Notes: generated by a model from the letters alone, not told the origin. Shown: positions 38,561 to 53,620, counted from the first letter of the stretch. The stretch: DNA of 64,000 nucleotides from Rhynchobatus australiae (GCA_034780895.1 JAUZTB010000017.1:16576704-16640703), one strand, 5' to 3'. Made by a program: numbers and translations.

Positions 38561-41500
38561 TTGAGTGGACGGTGTAATGGGGAGGGTTTCAAATCCCTGG
38601 GACAGTGGAACTGGTTTTGAGGGCGGTGGGACAGTACATGCTCCACGTGGGTAGGACCAGGACTGATGTTCCGGGGGAGTGTTTGTTAATGCTGCTGGGG
38701 AAGGTTTGTACTAAAATTGCAGGGCAGNNNNNNNNNNNNNNNNNNNNNNNNNNNNNNNNNNNNNNNNNNNNNNNNNNNNNNNNNNNNNNNNNNNNNNNNN
38801 NNNNNNNNNNNNNNNNNNNNNNNNNNNCTTATAATGAAACAGACAAGCAGAACAATTTATCTAAAAGTTATCATATTTGTTTGTCCAAAATAGTACTTCT
38901 CAAAGCTCAACAGTCAGGCCTCCTTAAATTGTTCTAACTTACCATTTACACCTACTCAAATTACGATGCTTCACACTGCCTCAATTCAAGCATGCTGCCG
39001 TTCCCGTGCTACAGTACAAATCAGCAAGCTCTTCATGATGTGGGCAGATCCACTGGAGGGCAGCACCCTACCTGAGCCACTTACAGCCAAGATGCTGCTG
39101 AGATAGGGGCACGAAGCGACTGCATCCAACTCCAGCTCTCCAGGAAAAGATGCTCAAGTTCAGGTCTATTCAGTGAATTACCTTGCTTCACGGGAAAGAG
39201 ATAATGAGATGGCAGCGCTCATTTGATCAGAAGCAGCCCCAAACCACCCTTAACAGTTCAGAAAAGAACAAAAGATCAACTGTCGCATGCTTACTTGGCA
39301 ACATTAAAACCAGTTGAAGCCTCTCATAATGTTAAATTGACTGGTATTTTGAAGCCACAGACAAAAAAAAGATTTGCGCCCCTCACTCCTCCCCCACGCT
39401 GTATAAAAGCTAACCTACCTTTTATTTTCCCCACATATCCAGCTCAGCTAAACACGCTGATCGGGAAATGCCAAAACTAAGCAATAATTTTCACACATCG
39501 AATCCAAGTTTTACAAAAAAATTAACTTAAGACAGAATATCTGTACACTTAATGCTTACAGCTGCCGAATGTGGCAAGCGGCTCCATAAAGCTTCACTGC
39601 CCACTTTTGAAGCCTGCGTTACTAACACACGCAGAATGACACCGCTGAGCGCCTTTAAAGAATACTAGGAAAAAAATGACTATTGATCTTCAAATGGTGA
39701 TAATTGAAAAGATCAAAAGATTAAACAAAATCAAAAAATGCGCTGACTTACCATGTTATGCTTTTTTTGTTACAACTTGGTTGAAATTTCAGTCAAACAA
39801 GCTTCATCGGAGGTGTCAAATTTTTTGGCGGACTGTGATCGTATTACTTCCGCAGCCTTGCCTCACAATACTTCAGAACTTTTTACCTAGCTTTGGTTTA
39901 CTTTGAAAGCTGCAGCTCAGCAAACCAGCACAAATTATCTTGCCACCTTCTACAGCTCTGATGCTTTGGCCGCTAACTTTGGAAGGCCCTTTACTACTGC
40001 ATCAAAATTAGCATTGTCAAAGCAGTTAATGAATATTAATACTGTATTTGTCATTGGAGCTGGCCTGATGCTGAACTCCGAGCCATCCATCAGGGACAAG
40101 ATTAAGAACACAATTATTTCTGACTGACAGGGTCCAAATCTGCTAGATTTTTTTTGCAATCTAAAAAAAAGAGACAAAAAAAATAACATCTTATGGGTTC
40201 CCCCTGGGGACTAACAGTCAGATTAATACACTTTTAATGAAGTGAAGGCTATTAAGTATGAAGAAAAAGCAAACAAGATGTACAAGTCGAACTTACAAAT
40301 GCGGCAAGGTGGCTGATAAAAATTAAAAGAATCGCATATCTTTTTCGACAGCTGTCTGAAATTTTTCTTCAGAGCTTTCTGGAATGAAGAAAGAATCTTT
40401 CTTCCCAAATCTGCATCATTTGAATAAGGAATGCACTGTTATAACCCACTTGGGATAATTGTCTCTATCTTACACCTTAACAACATCAACTCAAAGACAG
40501 GATCCTAAATAATTCCTACACAAATATTATAATCAACACTTCCTTAAAAGCAATGGACAATCACAATTATTCTCTCTCTCACATCTGCATAAATCATATC
40601 GAAAACATTTTGCAAAATAAAAANNNNNNNNNNNNNNNNNNNNNNNNNNNNNNNNNNNNNNNNNNNNNNNNNNNNNNNNNNNNNNNNNNNNNNNNNNNNN
40701 NNNNNNNNNNNNNNNNNNNNNNNNNNNNNNNNNNNNNNNNNNNNNNNNNNNNNNNNNNNNNNNNNNNNNNNNNNNNNNNNNNNNNNNNNNNNNNNNNNNN
40801 NNNNNNNNNNNNNNNNNNNNNNNNNNNNNNNNNNNNNNNNNNNNNNNNNNNNNNNNNNNNNNNNNNNNNNNNNNNNNNNNNNNNNNNNNNNNNNNNNNNN
40901 NNNNNNNNNNNNNNNNNNNNNNNNNNNNNNNNNNNNNNNNNNNNNNNNNNNNNNNNNNNNNNNNNNNNNNNNNNNNNNNNNNNNNNNNNNNNNNNNNNNN
41001 NNNNNNNNNNNNNNNNNNNNNNNNNNNNNNNNNNNNNNNNNNNNNNNNNNNNNNNNNNNNNNNNNNNNNNNNNNNNNNNNNNNNNNNNNNNNNNNNNNNN
41101 NNNNNNNNNNNNNNNNNNNNNNNNNNNNNNNNNNNNNNNNNNNNNNNNNNNNNNNNNNNNNNNNNNNNNNNNNNNNNNNNNNNNNNNNNNNNNNNNNNNN
41201 NNNNNNNNNNNNNNNNNNNNNNNNNNNNNNNAATGTTAAACCTTTTCAAGCTATTTTATTTAAAAGGTGATTTAAGGTTGGGGAGGAGCAGGAGGAGGAG
41301 GAGGAGGAAAATAAAAAAAAAACAGAAAACTGACAGATGCAACGGTTAATGCCATCTGACCAGTGAAACGAGGGTGTCTGGGTCAAGCAACTATGGCTAC
41401 CGAACTAATCTACTGCTCTTACTGACCACCCTACTGGCTGCTCCTAATACCATTAGCAATCGTTAGATGAACATTCTAAATTGGAGTTTTGTCCTCCGAT

Positions 41501-44500
41501 GAGCCGGTCTGACCCCGGTGCAACAACCCTGCAGCTCCATATGCAGATGGCAAATCTCCTGAAAACGCTTCTTTCAGCTTCTAAGATTTTCTTCCCGTGC
41601 ATGTGTCCTTTTCTTCCAAACTATTCTCTTTACCCTCCCTGACTCAAAATAAACTCTACTAACACAAGGATGTGCCCACTTCTCTGGCCAGTTACTTGTA
41701 CCATTCAATTTCAGCTGCAAGTCCTGATACATTTGGAACAATCTGTTGCATTTTACTTGTCTTTGGGAGAATTACTTTTTACACTGCGCTCTTCAGAATG
41801 GGGGGTGGGGTGGGGGGTGGTGGTTGAAGGGAGCATTCGCGACAATGGAGAATGTTTGGGAACACTGCCAGATTTGAGGCTTTCGAACCAAGTGAAGTTA
41901 GAGGCTGCAGACTCTGTAGCAGTGGGTGCAGAAAGCCTGACAGAACATTTACGGCAGACAGCTCCCGCTACCTCTACTTACGCAGCACGATCACATCAGC
42001 CCTAGTATCAAATTAACTCACTGACTTTGAAAGTTATTGATCTGCTATTAAGACACTAGTGAACTTGATGAAATCAGTGCTGTAGGTGCAGTGAAGACTT
42101 CAAAGTCTCGCACAGACACATAAAACAAGTTGCTTTGATCCTTTTTACGATCCGCAGAGGGTTTAAAGCCCAGTTCTCGATGCGCTGCTTTTCACACTCG
42201 TCAGGTCTGATTTTTTATACCAACAGACAGCTTGATAATGTTAATAGTGCATATTTTAGCAAACAACTAATTCTAAACTAATATCTTAATCTGTCCAGAC
42301 AAACAGCATCATTTAAACATGTCAAACAAAACCAATTTCACCTTTATTAGTGCCTGCACTGCAGGAATCAGGAATTTTTCATGTTTGCAGTGCACAGAAT
42401 TCTGCTTTCTTACATTCACTATTTTGTCATCAAGGTGAGGACTGACTTGCGCACACACACTTAAATTCTTATGCTAAGGATTGTCCATTAACATTTACAG
42501 AATAGTATCACAAAAGATCACAAATAAATAAAACGTAGTTTATTTTATGGATTTATTGAACAAATTTAAGTGCAGAATCTTTAAATTATTCAAAGCTTTT
42601 TATTTTAAAAAAGACAGTAGATTCTGATAAAATAACAAAAAGGCTAATAGAAATAAAAATCTGTAAATCACCAGTTAGCACTGGTGTCAGAACAGCAACT
42701 ATGCAATAAAAAGCACAAGTAGGACACGAAAGATAAACAAGATTGAAATAGGAAACTGCTTCATTAGACTAGGGAATTATTTTTGTGATAATAAAACAAT
42801 TGAAATACAAAAGTCTACATGATTAAATGACTCAAATTAATCCCTAGATCACCCATTAGGAACAACAATTATTTCTTGTACACAGAACACACCACATGCC
42901 AATTTGAAAAATTAAGATATTGGTAAATAATACTGAAATTGTAATTTAAAAATTTTGCATGTTTGCAAAAAGACTAATAATTTCTGGAGTGTAATAGATT
43001 TTTTTTAAAAAAACTAATTAATTTTAACCAAGGAAATTGTTTCACATTAGGAGGGGATAGCTTTTGAAAGCTACATTTTAAAATGTATTCAGCAAAAGTG
43101 GCAATTATGTACAGAGCACATCAACTGATAATGAGAAATTGCACGTTACTATAAACAAATAAAAATCAACTGCAAGGGTCCACCATGATTTTGCCATCAA
43201 ATTCTAGGAACGGCTCATGCAAATTCACTGCAAAAGAAAGTTCTCTCCTTTAGACAGTTCTCACCAAAACACTGTTCACTAATGAAATCATCTAAAATAC
43301 AATTCAGGAACAAATTAACTTTTTGTACTAGCTGCTGGGGTCCCACTTACAATTCTAATGAAGTCAACACTCCAATAAGATGTGTTCAGAAAGTTTCCTG
43401 GGCCACCAGCTCAGAGATCCTTTTCACCAATTAGTGCAAAGAAAAAGAAGGGGAAAAAACAGAGTGCCCTACTCAAAGAGCTAGGCCTTACGGCAATTCT
43501 GTCATGTCGACTGAATTGATCAACGGGACTGGTATTTCTAATGGCATCTTGTCAGGAAAAGTCAGCCATAGGGAGCCACCTTTGCAGACAGCTACAGAAC
43601 TGGATACCGATCTCAGGCAGCATCTTTTACTAACAATTTGGGAGAACAATCCGATTTCTGCTGCAGTACAACTTGTCATTCTGCAATCATCACCTGGCTT
43701 CCTTTTTTCCCAAGGATGGTTTTATGCTGAAAAAAGCTCTTCTTTCTATTGACAGGCCAATTTATTAGAAAATCAGGACTATACTAAACAGTGAAAATTA
43801 TCCATTTCAACCAAAACCAATTAACTGTGCATATGATTATACTCATGAATTCCTTTGCTATAACATTAAATAGAATGTAGACTTTACAACACAGGATATT
43901 ACAGATGCTGTGTAGGGGCTTTTTTTTTGGCCATATAGAGTAATTTTCCAGGTTCAATGATACAACATCAGCAATCTTAGGGATCAATTCTTGAGACCAC
44001 AAGGAGCCAGCTCATGGGCTACGTAGCACCCTGTTACCTAAAAGCATTTTAAGAATATGAATGGCCAGACTTACACCAACCATGATATATTTTCATGGAA
44101 AAATTGCTAGATACATATATTAGGTCCAGTTTGTTATGTGAGTCAAAAACACTTGGATTGTAAATCACGTATCGCAACCTTTCTTGCTCTCATCAGTCAA
44201 TGAGATTCTCAGGACTTTTTCTGCAGCCTGCGGCGGTGGCTTTGCCCAGGGACATGTACCAAGAGAAAAATTTTCATCGTGTTAGCATTTCAAATGGCAG
44301 AAAGTGAAAGGAAGCTCTAACTGATCATAGCCTGCGGAATTAATTGGCTAGCCTCTGAATAATGTCGGTCTTCGAATATCCTTGAGAGACGAGCACTAGC
44401 CGAGGCCCCATTTTGAGCAGCGGCTTCAAATAAAAAGCGCTAAGGGGTATAAGGCTTCAGCGCATTTCCCTGAAGACCAAGAAAACAGAACCAGCAAACC

Positions 44501-47500
44501 TCGCCCAACTAATCCATTTGGTAATTAAGTGCACAATTCCATTAAGCGTTCTTCCATCGAATTTCAAAATTGTGAGAACAAAAGATTACAACGGTTCTAA
44601 ATGCATGTGCAGGATACCACATATTAATGCAACGAGCGCAGCTGGAAGACTTCTGTTTTAAGTGAGGAAAATTTAAAATATTCTCGGCTTTTTGCCAGTA
44701 TTTAAAACAAAGGAGTCAAGTAGGCGCCATGTTGCTACTTGTTCCATTCTGCGGGATTAAAGTTTGAGGTTTTTTTTCCATTCATCAAAGGGTATGCAAT
44801 GACCCTGCTTGATATCACTATACCTCTCTTTAAGAGGCATCTTAATCTAACCTTTTTAAGACTCTTTGCTTTCAAACTCAAAACACCATTAAAAATAGGC
44901 ATTGTTGGTCAGCCCTGGGAGACTGAGCGCCTGGCTTTCGCTGACCAAGGCAGTAGACCTCTGGATAGGCAGCTGCTTACGCAACTAAATAAGTTCCGTA
45001 CAGCAAAGCAAGGGGTTGGGAGGAGGGTGGAATTGAAAAAAATGAGATTAAGAATCTTCGCAAATGTTCCATCTTTCGTTATCGACTGCAGCCTAGCACG
45101 AGGTGTCAATTTTCAGCTCTAAAGAGAGGACACAAATTCGCAGCGGTCCCATTATGCGGTCTCTTCGCTCATTGTATATTCCGTCAACGAAGTCAATCTT
45201 ATTAACTTCCGCTCTGGTTCACACATGACATTTTCTTCAATTTTCTTGCCAACATCAAAAACATCAATTAGCAGCTAGAAAATAGGAAGGAACAAATGAC
45301 AGGGCCCGATAACGTCAACTATTTGAAACAGAGGGTAAATCTATTCTGCAGTACTGAATGCATTCATTACCAATTCATTTTCAAAGGAGACTTCCAAATA
45401 GCAAAGAAAATTAAATTTATCATCCAGAAATGTCCAGAAATTGTTTGTTTTTTTAATCCTATATATACTGTGCCATTTTCAAATACAACATGAAGAAGCA
45501 TGCCTAGTTTCAGCATCAGCAATGTAACTTGGAGAAGTTGAATTAGGTGGGTTCAGCAGTATTCAGAATTCATTAGCTTGTATGGAGAAACATGAAATAA
45601 ATGCCACCACCCTGATTTATGGCAATATTTCTGCACTTTATTGGCCTAACTTTTCTAAATTTAAGTTACAAGATCACTTCATCCATCAAAATAAGACAAA
45701 TTATAAACTTTTATGCTTTGTCCGGTGAAATAGTCTCCTGAACAACCGACTTTATCTAAAATAATGTGGGAAACCTTATTTTGCTATACTTAAGTAAAAA
45801 GCTATTTCTGCTGATATGCCTGCTTTATGAGAAGGCTTTCATGGTTGCATTACATCTCCTCGGGAGTGAGTAAAAGCAAATTTAGTGGCTACTGCTCGGA
45901 ATTAATGTGAACAGAAAAGAGCAGCTACACCAAATAAACAGATCACTTTCCTCTGGCCATTGATTTCTTGATCTTTTGACATTATTTACGAGCTTCCTAT
46001 TCTCTTTCCTGTCTTTTTTTCCAATGTCACAAAGGAAAAATGTCTAAACAGCTGATGGCAGGATTATCAATTAGCTGTCAAGATTCTGCTTTCCAGCACT
46101 GAACAATACCTGCCATAATGCCGAAGATCGGTAATACTGCGAGACAATTCTAATACAGTGCTCTGCACACTGACTGGGAGAGCAGAGTGGCAAGCCTTGA
46201 ATGAAATTTGTGCCTCGATCATTGCTACAAATATATTGATTTATCTGGCGTAACCAAATACATATTGTGAATTATAATTAAGAATTTATATTTAATATCA
46301 GATAACGTCGACTTGCAAATACACAATTTTTCGGCTCAAAATATAGGATGGTAGCAGATAGGGTGCTCAATTCCAACCGCAAAAGCTCTTGTAAACACAT
46401 TCCATTGGCATTGTATTAATTTCTTTTAGTGCATGCTAGAACCTAGCCTTGGTGTTCCTTGCTATTCTGTTTGCCTTGGAGGTGGGGGCATATTACAGTA
46501 ACATGAGGATGGCTGCACTCATTCCAACTGTGGTAGACATTTCCACATGAAACATAGCTCTGCTTTTAAAGACTAGCAAGCTGTGTAAATGAGTGTCAGG
46601 CAAAGACAATTTATTCAGCATTTTAAAGGTATCCAAGACACTCCCTCTACCGTGTTAGTGCTGATTTAATAAATTATTCTAAAAGACCAAATAATTTCCA
46701 TCAAAAAGTTGTTCAATGATAGCTATAGTTAAAATTTCAGTTGTAGGGGTGCCTATAATTACAAGAGATAATAAAGCAAAAAAGTCATTACACTAGTTAG
46801 TGCTAACAAAAAATAATGTAGGATGAACCAAATCTGATGTATATAAAATTACACTTTTACCTAAAATAAAATATTTAAAAATCATTTCAATTTATTTAAA
46901 AATTTTGTGCACATTACTTTCAGTTTACAAGAACTTTCATTAGAATTCAACTATTAACTGATAGAACAGACATCTGCAAGATGTATAAAAAACCTGCTCA
47001 AAGTGGCTCAAGTGGATGATATTTGGAGGTTCTGTTATATTTAAAACCAATAACATTGCTGGATAATTTATTCTGTGTTTTATTATTGTCTGGTACCTTT
47101 AAAAAATAGCATGCTCCAGATATAGAGGCTTAAGGAGTTACAAGTACTTTAAACATTGCCTTAGAACATCCTGGACAATAATCAGTCTGAATACATTTAG
47201 GGCAGGAAAAGAGAAAAAAATCTTCAAAGATTATCCAATACTTTAACATCCAGCTATCTTTTGCTTAAAAAAAATCCCAATCTGCAGAACCTTGCAGCTT
47301 TCCCACTGCTGCACAGAATTCTAAAATATCACAGCAATACCCTATAAGACTAAATAGCAATATTTGAGTTCCTATTTTAACTTGATTTTTTTTCTGTTGT
47401 TAAACATTTGAAGATTTCTAAACCTTATTTGGTCGAAGTTAAATTCCAATATTCCACACGTTATTACTAATTTGCTGACAATTTACACCACTATTTGGAG

Positions 47501-50186
47501 TAATATGACCAAATTTTTTTTTATTGTTGTGTAAATACCAATTTGTTCATTGACCATAAGCAGCAAACAGTAACCACAAGCTGCTGATTACCGGTATTTG
47601 CGGTTGTGGTTCTGCACCATGCTCTGTCCTTGAAGCTGATGCCGCACACGAATCCATTAAGCGAGAGTGTTGGTGCTCTTGATCTATTATTTACAAAGAA
47701 AACCCTCCCCTTGCTTAAGTGGCCCCTACACTTCAGCCTTCATTACAAGATTTTTATACTTGTAAAAACCCCAAACACAGTTTAATCAGACTGATGGCAC
47801 CTACACCCTGTCCAATCTTGCTGCATGATATTTTGGAAAACCAGCAATATCGCTATCACTGAGCAATGTTATATTTTTAACATCCAAAATTAAACTTAAT
47901 CGATCAGCTGAGACCATATGCCACTTGGCCCTTTTGATACAAGATTTAACAGTTTTCCACCTACTGTACATTAAATCATACATTTCGTTGGTTACTCTAG
48001 TTTATAAGGCTGCCTCTTAGGTTATGAAACAATATATAATTTAAAAATATTCTATGCAGTGTTTTTAACATTTGTATAGTGTGAAGATACATTTTAAGGA
48101 AATTACTGAAGGATTCAATGAATTTTTTTTTAGATCAACATATGAAAAACATTTTGCAAACCTCTGTTTAACATATTTATGCAATATTTTATGCTTCACT
48201 TAAGTATTTACATTTCAAACCTGCAAGGCAATTTAAATGTACGTGTTCTTGTTGTTTTTAAATCACAACTCCTCCCCAGTAAATAAGTATAAAGTACAAG
48301 ACAAGCTACAGAACAATAGATTAAATCACTCTTATCCTTAATCAATCCACTTTTTAAAAAAAAATTATCGAGCTGTTATATTACTTGTTGTGAACAGAGA
48401 ACAACTGAGCAAAATGCATGTTATTTGCTGATTAATTTATACCACTATAATATTATAGTTTGCACACTTCTGAAATCCCTAAAGTACATAAGGAGTTCAG
48501 GCTGCTTGTCTTAATCATTTTGGCATTTAAAAAGCAATTATTAATTCAATTTGTCTTTATTACAGTTACCAGAGGCTGATGGATAACCATCACTAGATAT
48601 GCTAGAGCACTGCATGACCGGGAATTGTAGAACAATGCAATATTATAAATAGAGCTGTTAAACAACTGATAATATTGTACACCTGAGACTCCCTCTCAGG
48701 TGCACATCATTACTTTGGGCACAGTTGGTCTAAGCATCAAAATACTACAACACTATCCACTCAGGCCAATGCCCGTTTTGGAATGCAGTAAGCAAATCAC
48801 AGATTGTACAAAATATACTCAAAGAAGAGTGATGATCCACCTATCTAAACAAACAATTCAGTTTACAAAACCCACTTATAAAGCAATATGAAAAAAATAT
48901 TTTCTATTTGATTGCTTTTAAAAGAGTTGGCATGGACCCAACTGGTCAAATGGCCTCCCTTCCTGTGGCATTCTGATTCTGTGATTCCAGCCAGTGTAGT
49001 ATCAATTTTGGTAGCCCACTAATCATCACTAGCTTCAATATGACATTCTGACCAATGTAACTGAATCAGTAAGGTTGAAAGCAACCATGCTTCCAAAAAT
49101 CTGTAACACTGTAGCAAAACTCATTTAACAGCCTATGGCTACTGTGAATTCCCATTTCTATTTATTAAATTTATACAGTCACATGACATTCTTTTGCCTT
49201 TGCGGCTGAAACTCTTCAAGCCATCTATATTTTGCCCAAATATCAGTCAACATTTGAAAGCATTTATGGATTCTGTTTCCACCATTGTTACTGGTAGGTT
49301 ACTGGAGGACCCAAAAGGCCTCTGCGCATCTTTGAAAAAATCTGTTCTTGTTCTTTTTGATGATTTGAAATACTTCCAGTTAGGATTTAATAAATGAAGA
49401 TAATTTTCAGAACTTCGCATTTTAAACAACCCCCGCCACCCCCAATTCCCCCTTAACATTCTCTATTCAAGGTGAATAGAGCCTCCATATATTTATTATA
49501 GAGTGAAATTTATAAAGCTGTTCACCCTGTTATCATCCTTCAAATGTCTTCTGCACCCACCCTGTGTTTCTGACAACTACGCCAAACAAATATGGATGAA
49601 AGCAGAAAAGCAGAAGTAGGATGCCTTCAGTTTTTCTCATATTAAAAGATCCACAATTAAGAACAAGCACTCCAAAATCAGTGACAAGCTAAGCTTCCTT
49701 CTAATTCTATCCCCAACAAATTAATATCACCCAGATTGAGGCCTACTATCAATCAGCATGACTGAATTCAAACTTAGATCTAAAGGCATAATGCTGTAAC
49801 TACTATCTGAAGGCTATATTGGCATAGGCCTTTCTGGATGTACAAACCATGACTGAATCCTGGCAAACAACTTGACCATCTGTGAACCCATATTGGACAT
49901 TTCTGAAAATGAGCGACTTCAGTCAGCCACCAGAAATCAGTTAGAAGTGGGAATCCTGGGCAAACCTCGTCCATTGTGATTGAGTGATGCAGGGAATCAA
50001 ACTGGCTAATTTAACCAAAGCCCAGAATCATAGTAGGAAAACTTGCAATTTAATGCACTGCCATATCATGGTACATATGCACACTGATCCATTCAGAAGC
50101 ACTACTTGTATTTTAATGTTCATGGCGATTATTTTTTGTTATCATATGAAACTTATTCTTCAGGGTAAAGTATAAAAATTGCCAAA

Positions 50187-50248
50187 TTACAATGTTTAGT
50201 GTGATATGGTGAAAGTGTTACAATGTTTAGTGTGATATGGTGAAAGTG
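50187..50248 (+). repeat. Perfect 31-bp tandem duplication
   Basis: TTACAATGTTTAGTGTGATATGGTGAAAGTG occurs twice in tandem. Confidence 0.95.
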
Positions 50249-50289
50249 TATCAGATACTCAGCAGGGTAGGCAACATCTACATTACACT

Positions 50290-50846
50290 TACAAACGACA
50301 CAGGAGATGGTGATTCAGTCCATCAGATACATGACAGTTCCCAGGGGAGCAATCGCATTAGTCCCATTCCCCTGTCCTATTTCCCATACCCTTATTTGTT
50401 CTCATTTACATATGCCCATCAACTCCCCTTTAATTCATTTTTCCCTGTAGTAATAGGGTAATTTACAGCAGCCAATTAATATTCCTGTAAGTCTGGGACA
50501 TGCAAGGGAACCCACATGGTCAAGAAAAGAATGTGCAAGCTCCACACAGATAGCACCCAAGTCACAATTGAGCCCAAGCCCAAAGGGTAGCCAGTATATA
50601 GAATGAGCTGCGAAGGAAGTGGTTGAGGGAGGTACATTAACAACATTTGAAAGGCACTTGAACAGATATATGGATAGGAAAGGTTTAGAACGATATGGAC
50701 CAAACTCAGGCAAATGGGTCTAGCTCAAATGGGAACCTTGGTCAGAATGGACCAGTTGGGCCCAAGGACCTGTTTGCATGCTGTACGACTATGAGTCCCT
50801 AGAGCTGCGAGGCAGCACCATGAACTGATGCACCACTATGCTGTCC
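50290..50846 (-). mobile_element. tRNA-derived V-SINE/HE1-like SINE interrupted by a CR1 3' fragment
   Basis: Minus-strand head GGACAGCATAGTGGTGCA..GCTGCCTCGCAGCTCTAGGGAC resumes after the insert as TTGGGCTCAATTGTGACTTGGGTGCTATCTGTGTGGAGCTTGCAC. Family assignment is from memory. Confidence 0.65.
50579..50794 (+). mobile_element. CR1/HER1-like LINE 3' end
   Basis: GAATGAGCTG..GAAGTGGTTGAG..ACATTTGAAAGGCACTTGAACAG..GGCCCAAGGACCTGTTTGCATGCTGTACGACTATGA is a typical CR1 tail. Confidence 0.7.
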
Positions 50847-53179
50847 ATGTGGAGAAATAGAGTCAACTCTTCTTACTTTGACCTGAAACATTTCTCTGTA
50901 CAGATGATGCACAACCACCAAGTATTTCCAGCATCTGCAAGAGTTTGCTTTTGGTAAAAACGCAGCCTGTTTTATTTGTGTTAAAAGACCTACAGAGGAC
51001 CATGTGATTTATGATCAAGTGTGATTGATTAGGGATCTTATTTTAGTGAGCAAAGTAATGAAGAAATGCCATCTTCACAGAATGTTTGAAAGTAAATCAG
51101 TTTATATACTAATACAGCTAATACTTCTGATAAATAGGTTTCTTCCCAAACCAAGTGGTTAGATTAAATATATTGTGACAAACCACAGTTCACATCCTGC
51201 TCCACTACAAAGGGATCATTCAAAAATACAAGGATGAAATATAGTCCAATAACCCTTTTTTAAAATAAAGATTTAAATCCATTTAAGAAATGCACTGAAA
51301 TTAAAGCATGTAGAACAAAACATTTTAAGAGTAATGAGAAATACGAGGGAGAAAAGCTTCAATTCAGAGACAATAAAAAGATGCTGAAAATCTGAAAAAC
51401 TAGAAACATGCAACCTATCACTAGCTGAAAGTAAAAGCTAGGTTATAATTGCTAATAAGAGGTTATAGTCAAAATGTTATGTTTCTCTTTCAGATGCTGA
51501 TTGATCCGCCGTGCACTTTTTGCCCCTTTTATATGGTGTAAAGATGAACTAATTATGGGCAATTAGTTTGCGGAGGGCGGCTAAAGATATAGTTCTCTGA
51601 AGCAATGTGTGTTTATTTATAACCCAGTTATTATAAATGTTTCTTTCCTCCCTTAAGTACACGGATTATCTCTTCAAGGTCTAAACTACTGATTTAATTC
51701 TCTGATAGCATATATATACCTTGCCTACATACCTCCTTTTGCCTTTCACAGCAGAAGTATTTTATGATTTATGAAGACTAAAATATTTAAAATCAAGGGA
51801 AGGATCTGCTTAAAAACCATAAAATCTTCACACTTCATAACAGGTTTTACCATTTACTGCTTAATGCAATCAGAGGAGACAAACTACCATTATCACTGTC
51901 CGTTTGGAGTTAATCAACTGTTCAGCCTCGTTGGTTCATTCTGTATTATATGGAATGCAACCCAGTGCACTTAATACCATGCTGCAGTTACGTGGCAATT
52001 CTCAGCCCAATGATGCCCAAAGGGTGCAATTACCTTCAATTACACCAAGTAATTTTTATTATGGAATTTTAGTCCATCACACCACATGAGAAATTGGAAA
52101 TACTCACTTCAGACAAGTAATGTATAATTTTCTACTTCTGTGGGGTGCAAATCCCCTATAATGTTTGATTATATACAAATGTAAAAAAAAGGTCTGCAAC
52201 TAACTGCGTGATGCAATGTGTATAAAAATTCTCCATTGCAGCATTATCAATCCTCTACAAAGATTGCAAGATTTATTTCAACAGCACTGTCATGTGTAAA
52301 AATTAAGGTTACTTTTAATGAATAGAAAGTGAATAATTGTTCAGAAAATAGCAGAAAGATCTTTTGGCAAGGTGTCCTTTAATTGCTATTTTTAAGTGCA
52401 CTGCACTAATTACTGTTTTCATAATCTAAATTGCTTTTGTCTTGCTGGCAAGGTCAACCTTCCCCATGTCAGTTTTCTACCAGGATTTAATAATTACCGC
52501 TACATCTTCTCTATGGGTTCAAACATCTTGGGAGATTATTCAAATAAGTCAGCTGCAGCTTCAAGAACTGCATATTGTATTTAGTTTTTTTCTATATGCC
52601 AATTGATCCAGAATCAATTGGTTTGGATAGAGTTAACAGCTAATTTGTGACAAGTGAATAATCCAGATTCAGAAAATAGGAAGAATCCTTCACTCAGATA
52701 AAGATTAGAGCCTATAATTCTAGGCTCCACTTTCCTGTCCTCACAACTCCCCACTGCTGCCATCTGGTAACACTTATATACCTGGTTGCACCTAATGTCA
52801 CATGCAAAAGTATGGGCATAACTGACATTCCACACCAAAGCTTAGATACCCTTAAATGCAAGGAATACACGTCTCATACTTGCCCATTCTAAAAGAATCT
52901 TTAAGATTTCCAAGCATCAGCCACAAGGTCCCTAAACTGGACAGTTGTTGTCCGAAAGTAGCAAGTCACAGATGCAGTAAAGAGACCTAATCAGAGATTA
53001 TTGCAAAGTTTCCCCATCAAGTTTATCAAAACGGCCAATGGAATATCAGACATTTTGCATGGGAGTCAGAATTCAAACAAACAGTAATGATCTGTGGTAT
53101 AGAATCTTGGTCAACCATTTGGGATACCAAAACTCAGCATTGTTATAGTGCCCCTGAGAGGGGTAGAGCAAGAAAGTTA

Positions 53180-53620
53180 TACCACAGCTTAAAAAATTAT
53201 GATGTGATATCAAGTTGCAGGCACTCAGCTCCTTTCCATGTGCACAAATAGCTGAGGTGTGAATTATCTCTGGACTTCAAAACAGTTGAAAGGTTTGAAT
53301 ACTTGGAAACTATTTTCTCAGGTGAGGAATCCAGAAGAGAACACAACTTTGAAATTAGAGCTAAGCAGCTTGAAACTGTAACTTACGAGGCGGTTTTTAT
53401 GTTCATTCAAAGGGCAATGAAAATATGGAACTTGCCACAGAAGGGATGTGGATTCAGAGTAGATGAACTTTTCTAATCCAATATTGAGTGATCTTTTGAG
53501 GCAAGGTCATTGACAGATAGGAATAGAGAAATACACAGAAAAGATACAATTGGATTAATTGGATGGCAAAAAAAAAATTCAATTGGCTGGGTGGCCTCTG
53601 TCCATCCAAGTATTACCTGA
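53180..53620 (+). mobile_element. Degraded CR1 3' end
   Basis: GAAACTATTTTCTC..GAATCCAGAAGAGAACACAAC..GAAATTAGAGCTA..TGGAACTTGCCACAGAAGG resembles the CR1 ORF2 end. Confidence 0.5.

Noticed and set aside
40533-41249. Long ORFs across N-runs (also 4242-4670 and 25604-26113)
   Set aside because: Their length comes from unknown bases.
27066-42139. Isolated TCF motifs (CTTTGAT at 27067 and 42133)
   Set aside because: 7-mers occur frequently by chance in AT-rich sequence and these are not clustered.
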